Positions 33,082 through 41,667 of a stretch of DNA of 64,000 nucleotides are shown here, piece after piece. The translations under genes and the position numbers were made by a program. The stretch comes from an uncultured delta proteobacterium (lineage in GTDB: Bacteria > Myxococcota_A > UBA9160 > UBA4427), in the NCBI GenBank assembly GCA_963822965.1, contig CAWGJT010000009.1:16020-80019 (forward strand), in the 5' to 3' direction. Under the pieces are notes generated by a model, which was not told the origin of the DNA, ran no database searches, and saw nothing but the letters and a program-made list of their open reading frames with translations. Numbering within the stretch: position 1 is the stretch's first letter; each line of letters opens with the position of its first letter.

Positions 33082-34764
33082 TCACGGCTTGTGTTGCGCG
33101 TCGACCTGCAGTCGCGCGCGCACGAGATGCATTGCGATCCGTTCCTGGTTCGGGGCCAGCTCCGCCGCTCGCTCGAGACGGGGGATCGCCTGCTCGGGGC
33201 TACCGCTCTCGAGCCAGGCACGACCGGCGCGGAAGAGCGTCGAAACGTCTTCCGGCTCGATCTCCAGCGCCGAATCATAGGCGTTCGCGGCTTCGCGCCA
33301 CTCCCGGGCCTGCTCGTGCAGGAGGCCCAACGACTGGTAGCCGCGCGCGGTGGGCGCCAGAGCGAGACTCCGCTCGAACTCGGCGCGAGCTCCGTCGGGG
33401 TCGCCCTCGCGCGCGAGCCGGCGGCCGAGCTCGGTGTGCCGGCTGGGCCCGTCCCGGCCGAGCCAGGCGAGCCGGGCCAGCGCCTGACGCGCGGCCTCCA
33501 CGTCCCCCCGGGACATCGCTGCCCCGAATCCGACGTCGCCCACCCAGAAGGTGACGGCTCCGTACGCCAGGCAGAGCGCCCCCACGCCCTGCGCGGTCCG
33601 CCGCAGCCACGGTGCCCTCCGCACCGCGATGGGCACCGCGAGGTCGCTCGGCGACGGCTGCGATCGCAGCAGCACCCGTGCGACCCGCCCGTCCCGCAGC
33701 TTCCAGACCGCGCCGTCGAGGACGAAGTGATGCAGGTTGACCATCGCTGCCACCATCAGGGCGAGACCGGACTCGTGGGGTAGCCGACCGAGCAGCCCCG
33801 GCGCGAAGACGATGGCGGGAAGCGTCCACACCGCGTAGCCCGCGAGGGTCGCCTTGCCGAGGAAGGCCAGGCGACGGCGCCACGGCGACGGCTGGGCGCG
33901 CACGGCCGCCTCGGATTCGGTCGTGTAGTAGGTCGTGATCCACAGATACTGGACGGCGTGATAGCCCGCGATCCACAGGAAGCCGTAGGCGGTGTAGATG
34001 CTCCGGAAGGCGCTGGCCTCCCCCGCGAGCTGCCAGTGCCGGACGGGCACGGGCACGGTGAACCAGAGCGCCTGGGTTGCCATCAGCGCGAGCGAGGGAA
34101 GGATCGCGACGAGCCCCGCCGACCGCGTCAGCAGGTAGATTGCCGCGATGCTGGCGACCGCCCAGGCGGTGCCGAGGACCACGATGGCAACGCTGCCGAA
34201 GGCGTGCGGAATGCCCAGGGACAGGAGCTTGAAGACCGTGCCCCCGTACGAGACCGGCGCATAGCTGCCTTCGGGCTGCGCGCTGTGGATGGCGACGAAG
34301 GTGAGTAGGAAGGACGCCACGAAGGACGCGTGCACGAAACGCTTCGCGGTCGGCGTCACGGTCACGCCGCGACGTCCGGCCAGCATGAGCGCGATGCCGT
34401 AGTTCTGTCCCGTGTAGTGCCAGGGACTCCACGTGAGATAGACGGTGAGGAGGAGCGAGCCGAGCAGCTGGCCGTACAGGCTCGCGACGAAGCCGGTGGC
34501 GATGAGCAGCGTGGCCCACACCGAGAAGAACCGATACCGGCGCCGGTCGGCCGGATCCTCGTAGACGCGCACGAGCGTGGCGCCGTAGTGCGGCAGCGCG
34601 AAGAGCAGGATCAGCAGGGCGCCGGGAACCCAGGTGGCCAGGACGTTGCGTCCCAGCCCCGCCTGCAGGAGCATGACGGCCATCGAGCCGATCCCGCACC
34701 CGAGGAGCAGGTCCACTCCGGATCCGTACAGCCAGCCGCGCCTGTGCCGTCCCGCGTCGCTCAT
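33082..34764 (-). CDS. Polytopic membrane protein with His boxes and C-terminal TPRs
   Basis: About 9-10 TM segments with PHYGAT, WHYTGQNYG, YHAVQY, HHFVLDGAVW; TPR-like helices in the last ~130 aa. Confidence 0.75.
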   Translation of the reverse strand: MSDAGRHRRGWLYGSGVDLLLGCGIGSMAVMLLQAGLGRNVLATWVPGALLILLFALPHYGATLVRVYEDPADRRRYRFFSVWATLLIATGFVASLYGQLLGSLLLTVYLTWSPWHYTGQNYGIALMLAGRRGVTVTPTAKRFVHASFVASFLLTFVAIHSAQPEGSYAPVSYGGTVFKLLSLGIPHAFGSVAIVVLGTAWAVASIAAIYLLTRSAGLVAILPSLALMATQALWFTVPVPVRHWQLAGEASAFRSIYTAYGFLWIAGYHAVQYLWITTYYTTESEAAVRAQPSPWRRRLAFLGKATLAGYAVWTLPAIVFAPGLLGRLPHESGLALMVAAMVNLHHFVLDGAVWKLRDGRVARVLLRSQPSPSDLAVPIAVRRAPWLRRTAQGVGALCLAYGAVTFWVGDVGFGAAMSRGDVEAARQALARLAWLGRDGPSRHTELGRRLAREGDPDGARAEFERSLALAPTARGYQSLGLLHEQAREWREAANAYDSALEIEPEDVSTLFRAGRAWLESGSPEQAIPRLERAAELAPNQERIAMHLVRARLQVDAQHKP

Positions 34765-34856
34765 GGCCGTAGAGCCGCGAACCTCATCCAGCGATTCGAT
34801 AACCAGGCCGGCACTTTAGTTCAGTCCCAACCACTCCGCGAACACGTTCCCAAAGA

Positions 34857-35147
34857 CCCCCATTCGGCCGCAACCCAATGAGGGGAGTACAGCGCCCGCG
34901 AGTCGCCTCGGCCCCCACTCGGCCGCAACCAAGCCCCACAACGAACGAGGGGAGTACAGCGCCCGCGAGTCGTCTGGCTCTCCATTGGGCGGCAACCAGG
35001 CCCCACAACAAATGAGGGGAGTACGACGCCCGCGAGCCGCCTCGCCCCCCATTGGGCGGCAACCAGGCCCCGCACCCAAGGAGGGGAGTACGACGCCAGC
35101 GAGTCGTCTGGCTCTCCATTGGGCCGCAACCAGGCCTCATCCCCAAA
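34857..35147. repeat. Tandem array with 67-bp period (~4.3 copies)
   Basis: GAGGGGAGTAC at 34880, 34947, 35014 and 35081 (exact 67-bp spacing); partial leading copy from 34857. Confidence 0.95.
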
Positions 35148-35181
35148 AAAAGAAACGGCCACCTCGTGAGAGGTGGCCGTT
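35145..35181 (-). terminator. Rho-independent terminator of the PEP-CTERM gene
   Basis: 12-bp stem AACGGCCACCTC/GAGGTGGCCGTT with 4-nt loop, followed on the minus strand by TCTTTTTTT, ~25 nt after the stop. Confidence 0.9.
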
Positions 35182-35206
35182 CTTCTGTCAGTTGCCGATC
35201 GGACGC

Positions 35207-36163
35207 TTACTTGCGCATCCGGCGACGGCCGATCACGGCGAGGCCGACGGCCCCCGAGACCAGCAGGAGCACGGTGCCCGGCTCGGGCACGAACTCGAAG
35301 TGGATCGTCGCCGAGCCCGGGATGCGTCCCGCGATGGCCGCGGTGTCGATCCGCATCGGGGACACCACCGTCACGCTGCCTGCCTTGCTACCCGAGAGCA
35401 GGTTCTGCGTACCCGAAACGGTCACCGTGTGGTTCTCGACCGCGTTGCCGCCGTTGACGGACACGAATCCACCGTTGGTCGACGGCGTCATCACGGTCTC
35501 GTTCGGAGTCGGCTGCAGGGTGAAGGCGACGCCCTGCACGTTGCCGCGCGCCGGGATCGTGATGAAGTTCGACGTCACCGCCGTGATCACCACCGGCGCC
35601 GTGATGAACGGGCCGTTGGTCACGGTGATGTTGTTGCCCAGCAGCGAGACCATCGTGGTCTCACCCATGGCGCCGCCGACGTGGCTCAGCGGAACCGGAA
35701 GCACGATGGCGCCGCCCAGGGCATTGATCACCGCCACGCCGTTGAGGCGCAGGTTGCCACCGAAGGCCGGACCCACCGAGCCGCCGCCACCGATCTGGTT
35801 GGAGGCGATCACGACGCCGTCCTGGAGGACACCGCCGTTGTTGTGGACCGTCACCTTCAGGTTCGAGATCAGCGGAACGCCGGTGAACAGCGCCGTGCCC
35901 GGACCGAAGTTGACCGTCGACCACACCGTCGCACCCGCGAGGATGTTGTGACCCACGGTCGGGTTGCCCTGGCTACCCGACGCCAGGGAGACCAGGCTCT
36001 CCGTTCCCGGAAGAGCGCTGACCGCGACGGTGGGCAGACCGCTGATGGTCAGACCGAGCGTCGAGTTCGGCTGATCCATCTGGCCCGCCTGCGCTGCCCC
36101 TCCGATTAAGAGGCAGCTCATCGCCACGCACATCACGAGAATCGCTCGCTTCAGGTTCTGCAT
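35207..36163 (-). CDS. PEP-CTERM sorting-domain surface protein (Gly/Thr/Val/Asn-rich, possibly S-layer-like)
   Basis: Signal peptide AQA|G; C-terminal VPEPGTVLLLVSGAVGLAVIGRRRMRK; strong AAGGAG RBS; own terminator. Confidence 0.92.
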   Translation of the reverse strand: MQNLKRAILVMCVAMSCLLIGGAAQAGQMDQPNSTLGLTISGLPTVAVSALPGTESLVSLASGSQGNPTVGHNILAGATVWSTVNFGPGTALFTGVPLISNLKVTVHNNGGVLQDGVVIASNQIGGGGSVGPAFGGNLRLNGVAVINALGGAIVLPVPLSHVGGAMGETTMVSLLGNNITVTNGPFITAPVVITAVTSNFITIPARGNVQGVAFTLQPTPNETVMTPSTNGGFVSVNGGNAVENHTVTVSGTQNLLSGSKAGSVTVVSPMRIDTAAIAGRIPGSATIHFEFVPEPGTVLLLVSGAVGLAVIGRRRMRK

Positions 36164-36755
36164 AGGCTTCTTCCTCCTTGGTTCACCGGTTCACTCGCTC
36201 TACATCACTCGTTCGAGCTTCAACGGCCCCTCGACTCCAACTGCCGACCGTCGGGTTGCCATCCGACCTACAGGGCGGATTCCTGACAGAACCGGTCGTG
36301 CAGCGATATAGGGCCGCGGCCGATTCCAGCATGCTCCCAGCGGCGGATGCAGGTCAAGAAACTTCTCGAGCGCGGCGGAAAGACTCTCCCTCGATTCCCC
36401 TGGGGGGGCAAGGACGATCCTTCCACGTCCGAGTAGAACCGCCCCGGCTCGGGCGGACTCTCTATTTCCGGGTCCACACCCTGCCTCTCCTCCCGCGGGG
36501 GGCGGCACTTCCTCGCTCGGCTCCCCGCGGGACCCCCAACACCAACATCCGGGGACAGGGAGCCTGCGGGACAGATTCCGCCCGCCCGCGCGAACGGCCG
36601 TGGACCTCACCTTCTCGCCGGTGTGGGCACTCACGTGGACACCGGCGGCACACGCCCGCCGGACGCCTGGATCTGGATTGGAAGCACCTGGTTTGGAAGC
36701 AGAACGCCTCGCACGTAAGCTTCCGCGTCTCGATTTTCGGAGGATTCCGCGCCCG

Positions 36756-39173
36756 ATGCACCGCTCCCCCCTGCAGCTTCCCCGCCCCGCGACACGAACC
36801 GCGGGACTGCCCCTGGCGTTGACCCTGATCGCCGCCCTGGTGCTCGTCACCGCGTGCCAGTACGACCGCGAGTCGCGGCTCGCCGAGATCCGAACGCTCC
36901 AGGCGGCCGGAAAGTTCGACGAGTCCATCGCTCCGCTGCGCGTCCTGCTCACCGCCGAAGCCGACCATCCCGAGGCCAACTACCGGCTGGGCGTGGCGCT
37001 GGTGCAGACCGGCCGGCCGAGTCTGGCGATCTGGCCGCTGCAGAAGGCGGCGCAGTCCGAGGAATTCAAGATCCAGGCGGGTCTCTTGTTGGCGACGACC
37101 CTGCTCGCCACCGAATCCTACGAAGAGGCCATCCGCGCCACCGATACGGTGCTCGCGGTCGAGCCGGACCGGGTGTCCGCCCTCTACACGCGCGCGCGCG
37201 CCAACATCGCCTCGGGCAAGCCGGCCGAAGCGCTCGTCGACGCCGAACACGTGCTCGAGCTGCAGCCCGACGACTTCATGGGCACCACCCTCAAGGTGGC
37301 GGCGCTGATCGACCTCGAGCGATTCGACGAGGCCGAGGCCACGCACATCAAGCTCAAGGAAGCGAGCGAGAAGGCGGGAGACGAAGACGCCGCAGCGCGC
37401 GCATGCACGGTGCTCGCCCGCTTCTACGCCAGCCGGGAAGACCTCGACAAGGCCAACACCACCCTGCGCGAGTGCATGGAGAAGTATCCGTCCAACAGCT
37501 TCGTGCAGCAGTACGCCTCGGACTTCTTCATCGAGACCGACCAGCAGGACGAAGCGATCGCGGTCTGGCGCAAGGCGGTCGAGCTGGCCCCCGAGGAGAT
37601 CCTGCTGCGCAGCAAGCTCGCGAGCCTGCTCCACGACGCCGGCCGCACCGACGAGGCCGAGGCCGTCTACAAGGAGACGGTCGAGCTCTTCGACAACGCC
37701 CAGGCCTGGCAGCTGCTGGGCGGCTTCTACCGCAAGCTCGGACGCATCACCGAGTCCCGCGAGGCGATCGAGAAGGCCCTCGAGCGCGCGCCCAAGGAGC
37801 CGCCGGCCCTTCGCTTCGCGCTGGCCGACGTCCTGATCGCCGAGGGCAACTACGACCGCGCCGAGGCGATCGCCGAGAGCATGCAGGAGCCGAGCTACCG
37901 GGCCCTGGTGCGCGGCAGCGTGAAGCTCGCGAAGGGCGACCCGGAAGGCGCCCTGAAGCTGCTGGAGTCGGGCATCCGGCTGTGGCCGAACAACGCCGGG
38001 GCGCGCTACGTGGCCGGACAGGCGGCTCTCCAGCTCGGCGATCTCGACCGGGCGCTCGCCGAATACCGCGAAGCGACTCGCGTGGACGAGGGCGCCACCG
38101 ACGCCGCGCTCGCCATGGCGCGGATCTACTACTCGCTCCACAAGTATCCCGCCGCCGAGCAGTTCGCCGAACGGCAGATCAAGACGCGACCGTTCGAGAA
38201 CGGAGACGCGCACGTGATCGCGATTCGCGCCGCCGCCGAGCAGGGCCTGTGGGACAAGGCCGAGAATCTGCTCCAGAACCTCAACGCGCATCCCGGCATG
38301 CGGAACCTCGTGATCGTCGAGCTCGCCGGCGTGATGCGCAAGCGTGAAGGCTACGAGGCCGCCGTCCAGGCCGTCGAGAAGAGCGGTCTCGACCTCACCG
38401 ACGAGGCCAACGCGATGGCGCTCACGTCGCTGTCCCTCGACCTGATCGCGCTCGGACGCCAGGAGGAGGCGCTCGGCCGGGTCGACGCGGCGCTCGCCAA
38501 GGCCCCCGCCAACCCCAAGCTGCTGGACATCCGCGCGCGCCTGCTGGCACGCATGGCCCGGGACGACGAGGCGAAGACCGCCGTCGCCAAGGCGCTCGAG
38601 GCCGATCCGAACTTCGCACCGGCCCTCGAGGTGAAGGCCATGTACGCCGACCAGGCCGGCAAGCTCGAGGAGTCTCTCGCGCTGTACGACCGCGCCGCGG
38701 CGGCGGACCCCGAGAACGCGGACTACGCCTACCGGGCGGCGCGCATCTCGCTGCGGCTGGGCCGCACCGAGGACGCGATCGCGCGGCTTCGCAAGGTCGT
38801 GAGCCTCTCTCCCGGCCACGTCGCCGCCACCAACGATCTCGCCTGGTGGCTCGCGGAGTCGGGCCGCGAGCTCGATTTGGCCCTCGACCTGGCCAAGCGG
38901 GCCATCCAGCTCGATCGACGCGCCGAGACCCTCGACACCCTCGGCTGGGTGCAGTTCAAGCGGGGCGACGTGGACGCCGCGATCACCTCCTTCGAGGCGG
39001 CTCTCCAGGCGCAGCCGGACTCGCCTTCGGTGCGCTACCGCCTGGCGCTGGCGCAGCACCAGAAGGGCGATGCCAAGGCCGCTCGAGAGAACCTGTCGCG
39101 CGCGCTGGAGATCGACTCCTTCCCCGAGATGCAGGCCGCACGAGCCGAGCTCGCTCGCCTCGAGAACGACTGA
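36756..39173 (+). CDS. TPR-repeat lipoprotein (PrsT-like)
   Basis: GGAGG RBS, lipobox LVTAC, TPRs throughout, C-terminal NDLAW...DTLGWV...YRLA...FPE. Confidence 0.8.
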   Translation: MHRSPLQLPRPATRTAGLPLALTLIAALVLVTACQYDRESRLAEIRTLQAAGKFDESIAPLRVLLTAEADHPEANYRLGVALVQTGRPSLAIWPLQKAAQSEEFKIQAGLLLATTLLATESYEEAIRATDTVLAVEPDRVSALYTRARANIASGKPAEALVDAEHVLELQPDDFMGTTLKVAALIDLERFDEAEATHIKLKEASEKAGDEDAAARACTVLARFYASREDLDKANTTLRECMEKYPSNSFVQQYASDFFIETDQQDEAIAVWRKAVELAPEEILLRSKLASLLHDAGRTDEAEAVYKETVELFDNAQAWQLLGGFYRKLGRITESREAIEKALERAPKEPPALRFALADVLIAEGNYDRAEAIAESMQEPSYRALVRGSVKLAKGDPEGALKLLESGIRLWPNNAGARYVAGQAALQLGDLDRALAEYREATRVDEGATDAALAMARIYYSLHKYPAAEQFAERQIKTRPFENGDAHVIAIRAAAEQGLWDKAENLLQNLNAHPGMRNLVIVELAGVMRKREGYEAAVQAVEKSGLDLTDEANAMALTSLSLDLIALGRQEEALGRVDAALAKAPANPKLLDIRARLLARMARDDEAKTAVAKALEADPNFAPALEVKAMYADQAGKLEESLALYDRAAAADPENADYAYRAARISLRLGRTEDAIARLRKVVSLSPGHVAATNDLAWWLAESGRELDLALDLAKRAIQLDRRAETLDTLGWVQFKRGDVDAAITSFEAALQAQPDSPSVRYRLALAQHQKGDAKAARENLSRALEIDSFPEMQAARAELARLEND

Positions 39174-39183
39174 GCGCAGGCAC

Positions 39184-41667
39184 ATGGGGATCGGATCGAA
39201 GAGACCGTTGGCGCGGTCGCGCGCCGACGGTTTCCTGACCGCCGGCGCGCTCCTGCTGACGGTCGTCCTCGCGTGCTCGTCTCCCGAGGAACGCGCGCGC
39301 TCGCACCTCGAGCAGGCACGGCACTATCTGGCCGAGAACCGCCGCAAAGAAGCCACCCTCGAGCTGCAGAGCGCGCTGCAATTCGATCCCTCGAGCGTCG
39401 AGGCCAACAACCGGCTGGCGGAGATCGAGCTGGCGAACGGCAATCTCAGCGCCGCCCTCAGCTACATGCAGGAGGCGTTCCGCCTCGATCCGACCGACAG
39501 CACGGCCTGCCTCCACCTCGCCAGCCTGCTCCGGACCGACCAGCCGGATCGCGCCCGGGAGCTCATCGAGGCGGTGATCGAGCGCGAGCCGGAGAACCCC
39601 GACGGCTACATCGGACGTTCGGACCTGGCGCTCGCCGAGGGACGCACGCGGGACGCCATCGCAGCCGCCCGCCAGGCGGCGGAGGTCGCGCCCGACGACC
39701 CGCACGTGGACTGGCAGCAGGGCTACATCCTGGAGGCGATGATCCGAGAGGGCCAGCTCACCGGTGAGACGGCGGAGGACTCGATCTACAAGGGCGCCCT
39801 GGCCGCCTTCGAGCGGTACATCGAGAAGGGCGGCGAGAGCCCGTGGACCGCGCAGCTCGAGGAGGCACGGGTACTCGGCGCCTGGGAGGGGCGCGGGCGC
39901 GAAGCCGCGCGGCTCTTCCGGATCTCCGTGCAGAGCGCCCTGGAAGCCGACGCCGCCACGGACGCCCTGCGCGGCGCGACGACGGCCGCGGGCTACGCCC
40001 GCGCCGTCGGAGACGACGAGCTGCTCGAATGGGCCCTGGGCGTGCTCGTCGAGCAGGAGCCGCGCGACCTGCGCAACTGGCAGACCCTCGCCGAGCTACG
40101 ACGGCGCCAGCGCAAGAACCCGGAAGAAGTGTGGCAGCGCATGATCGAGACCCTGCCCCAGGAGCCACGCGCCCACATCGAGTACGCGCGCTTCCTGATC
40201 TCGCGCTGGAAGCTCGACGAGGCCCTCGCCTATCTCGAGAAGAAGGCCTCCGAGGGAGTGGACCCGCCCATGCTGCTGGGTGCGATTGCCAGCACGCAGA
40301 TGGCGGCCGGGCGCCTGGACGACGCGCGGAAGACCGTGGCCCGCCTGGAGCGGGAGCACCCGGGCAGCCCGCGCACCATCCTCGAGCGTGCCCAGCTCGA
40401 CATCCGGACCGGCCAGGTCCGGCCGGCGCTCCGCTCGCTGCGCAAGCTGGCCGAGAAGGGCTCCGACGCCGACGTCTTCCGCATGCTGGCCCGCGCGGAG
40501 GAGATCGTCGGCAACCGGGACCGGGCCCTCGCGGCCGTCAACCACGCGATCGAGGCGAGCCCGTTCTTCTCCTACGAGGACCAGCGCATGCGGTCTCGCA
40601 TGCTGGCGGAGAGCGGCAAGTACGCCGCCGCCATCACGAACCTGCTGGCCATCCGCGACCGCATGCCGCTCTCCGCGGAGGACAACCTCCTGCTGGCCCG
40701 CTGCCGCTACGAGAACGGCCAGAACCTGCACGGGCGCAAGCTGCTCGAAGGGATCCTGGCGACGCGCCGTCCCCCGGCCGACGCGGTGCTCGAGTACGCG
40801 CGCCGGGAGTCGGACGATCCCCAGCATGTGGATCTCGCGCGCCGGGAGCTGGAAGCGCTGATACGCCGCAAGCCGGACCAGTGGGAGGCGCTGGGCGAGC
40901 TCGTCCGCATCGATCGTGCCTCCGGCCACGACGAGCAAGCGCTGGACCGGCTGGACCGGATCATCGAGCGGCAGGGTGATCGGGTCCCCCCGCAGATCCT
41001 CCTGCTGCGCGCACAGGTGAGCGCGGGCGCCGGTCGACAGGACGGGGCGCTCGCGGACGCGGAGGCGGCCTTCCGCGCACAGCCCCGGCTGCGGGGTGCC
41101 CTGGAGATGGTGGTCGCCCTGCAGCTGCGCAAGGGCGACGTGGACGGCGCCATCGCCGCGGCCGAGGAGGCGAAGCGGAAGGGCGCTCTCGACCCCGATC
41201 GACGCGCGCTGCTGGGCCGCCTGTACTCGATGAAGGGAAGGGACGACGAGGCGCTCACGATCCTCGAGCAGGCGCTCGAGGGAGGGGCCTCCGACCCGAT
41301 CCTCAAGAGCGACGTGGCCTTCCTGCTGGCGAAGAAGGGCCGCGACCTGGAGCGCGCCCTGACCATCGCCCAGGAGGCCGAGAGCGAGCTCACGGACGAT
41401 CCCCGCGCCGCGGACACCCTTGGCTACGTGTACCTGCGTTCCGGGCAGAGTAATCGCGCGCTGTCGCACTTCGAGCAGGCCGTGGCGCGCTCCGACGCCC
41501 CACATCCCGTCTACTACTACCATCTGGGGCTCGCCCTGCAGTCGCTCGACCGCAGCGAGGAGGCCGCTCGGGCCTTCGAGAAGGCGCTCTCCATCAGTCC
41601 GGACTTCCCGGAGGCGAACGAGGCGAGACGCGCGCTCGAGGGAACTCGCAACGCCCGTGCCTCCTGA
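39184..41667 (+). CDS. TPR-repeat lipoprotein (second PrsT-like paralogue)
   Basis: Lipobox VLACS, TPRs, C-terminal DTLGYVY...YHLGLAL...FPEA. Confidence 0.8.
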   Translation: MGIGSKRPLARSRADGFLTAGALLLTVVLACSSPEERARSHLEQARHYLAENRRKEATLELQSALQFDPSSVEANNRLAEIELANGNLSAALSYMQEAFRLDPTDSTACLHLASLLRTDQPDRARELIEAVIEREPENPDGYIGRSDLALAEGRTRDAIAAARQAAEVAPDDPHVDWQQGYILEAMIREGQLTGETAEDSIYKGALAAFERYIEKGGESPWTAQLEEARVLGAWEGRGREAARLFRISVQSALEADAATDALRGATTAAGYARAVGDDELLEWALGVLVEQEPRDLRNWQTLAELRRRQRKNPEEVWQRMIETLPQEPRAHIEYARFLISRWKLDEALAYLEKKASEGVDPPMLLGAIASTQMAAGRLDDARKTVARLEREHPGSPRTILERAQLDIRTGQVRPALRSLRKLAEKGSDADVFRMLARAEEIVGNRDRALAAVNHAIEASPFFSYEDQRMRSRMLAESGKYAAAITNLLAIRDRMPLSAEDNLLLARCRYENGQNLHGRKLLEGILATRRPPADAVLEYARRESDDPQHVDLARRELEALIRRKPDQWEALGELVRIDRASGHDEQALDRLDRIIERQGDRVPPQILLLRAQVSAGAGRQDGALADAEAAFRAQPRLRGALEMVVALQLRKGDVDGAIAAAEEAKRKGALDPDRRALLGRLYSMKGRDDEALTILEQALEGGASDPILKSDVAFLLAKKGRDLERALTIAQEAESELTDDPRAADTLGYVYLRSGQSNRALSHFEQAVARSDAPHPVYYYHLGLALQSLDRSEEAARAFEKALSISPDFPEANEARRALEGTRNARAS

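Noticed and set aside
34857-35147. CRISPR array
   Set aside because: The whole 67-bp unit is repeated with no unique spacers, and no cas genes are present in the window
34784-35162. Three short minus-strand ORFs over the 67-bp array
   Set aside because: The same peptide appears in all three frames because the period is not a multiple of 3; no RBS support; they lie just past a terminator
36164-36755. Sigma54 promoter or known riboswitch upstream of the PEP-CTERM gene
   Set aside because: No convincing TGGCAC-N5-TTGC or recognisable riboswitch consensus found by eye
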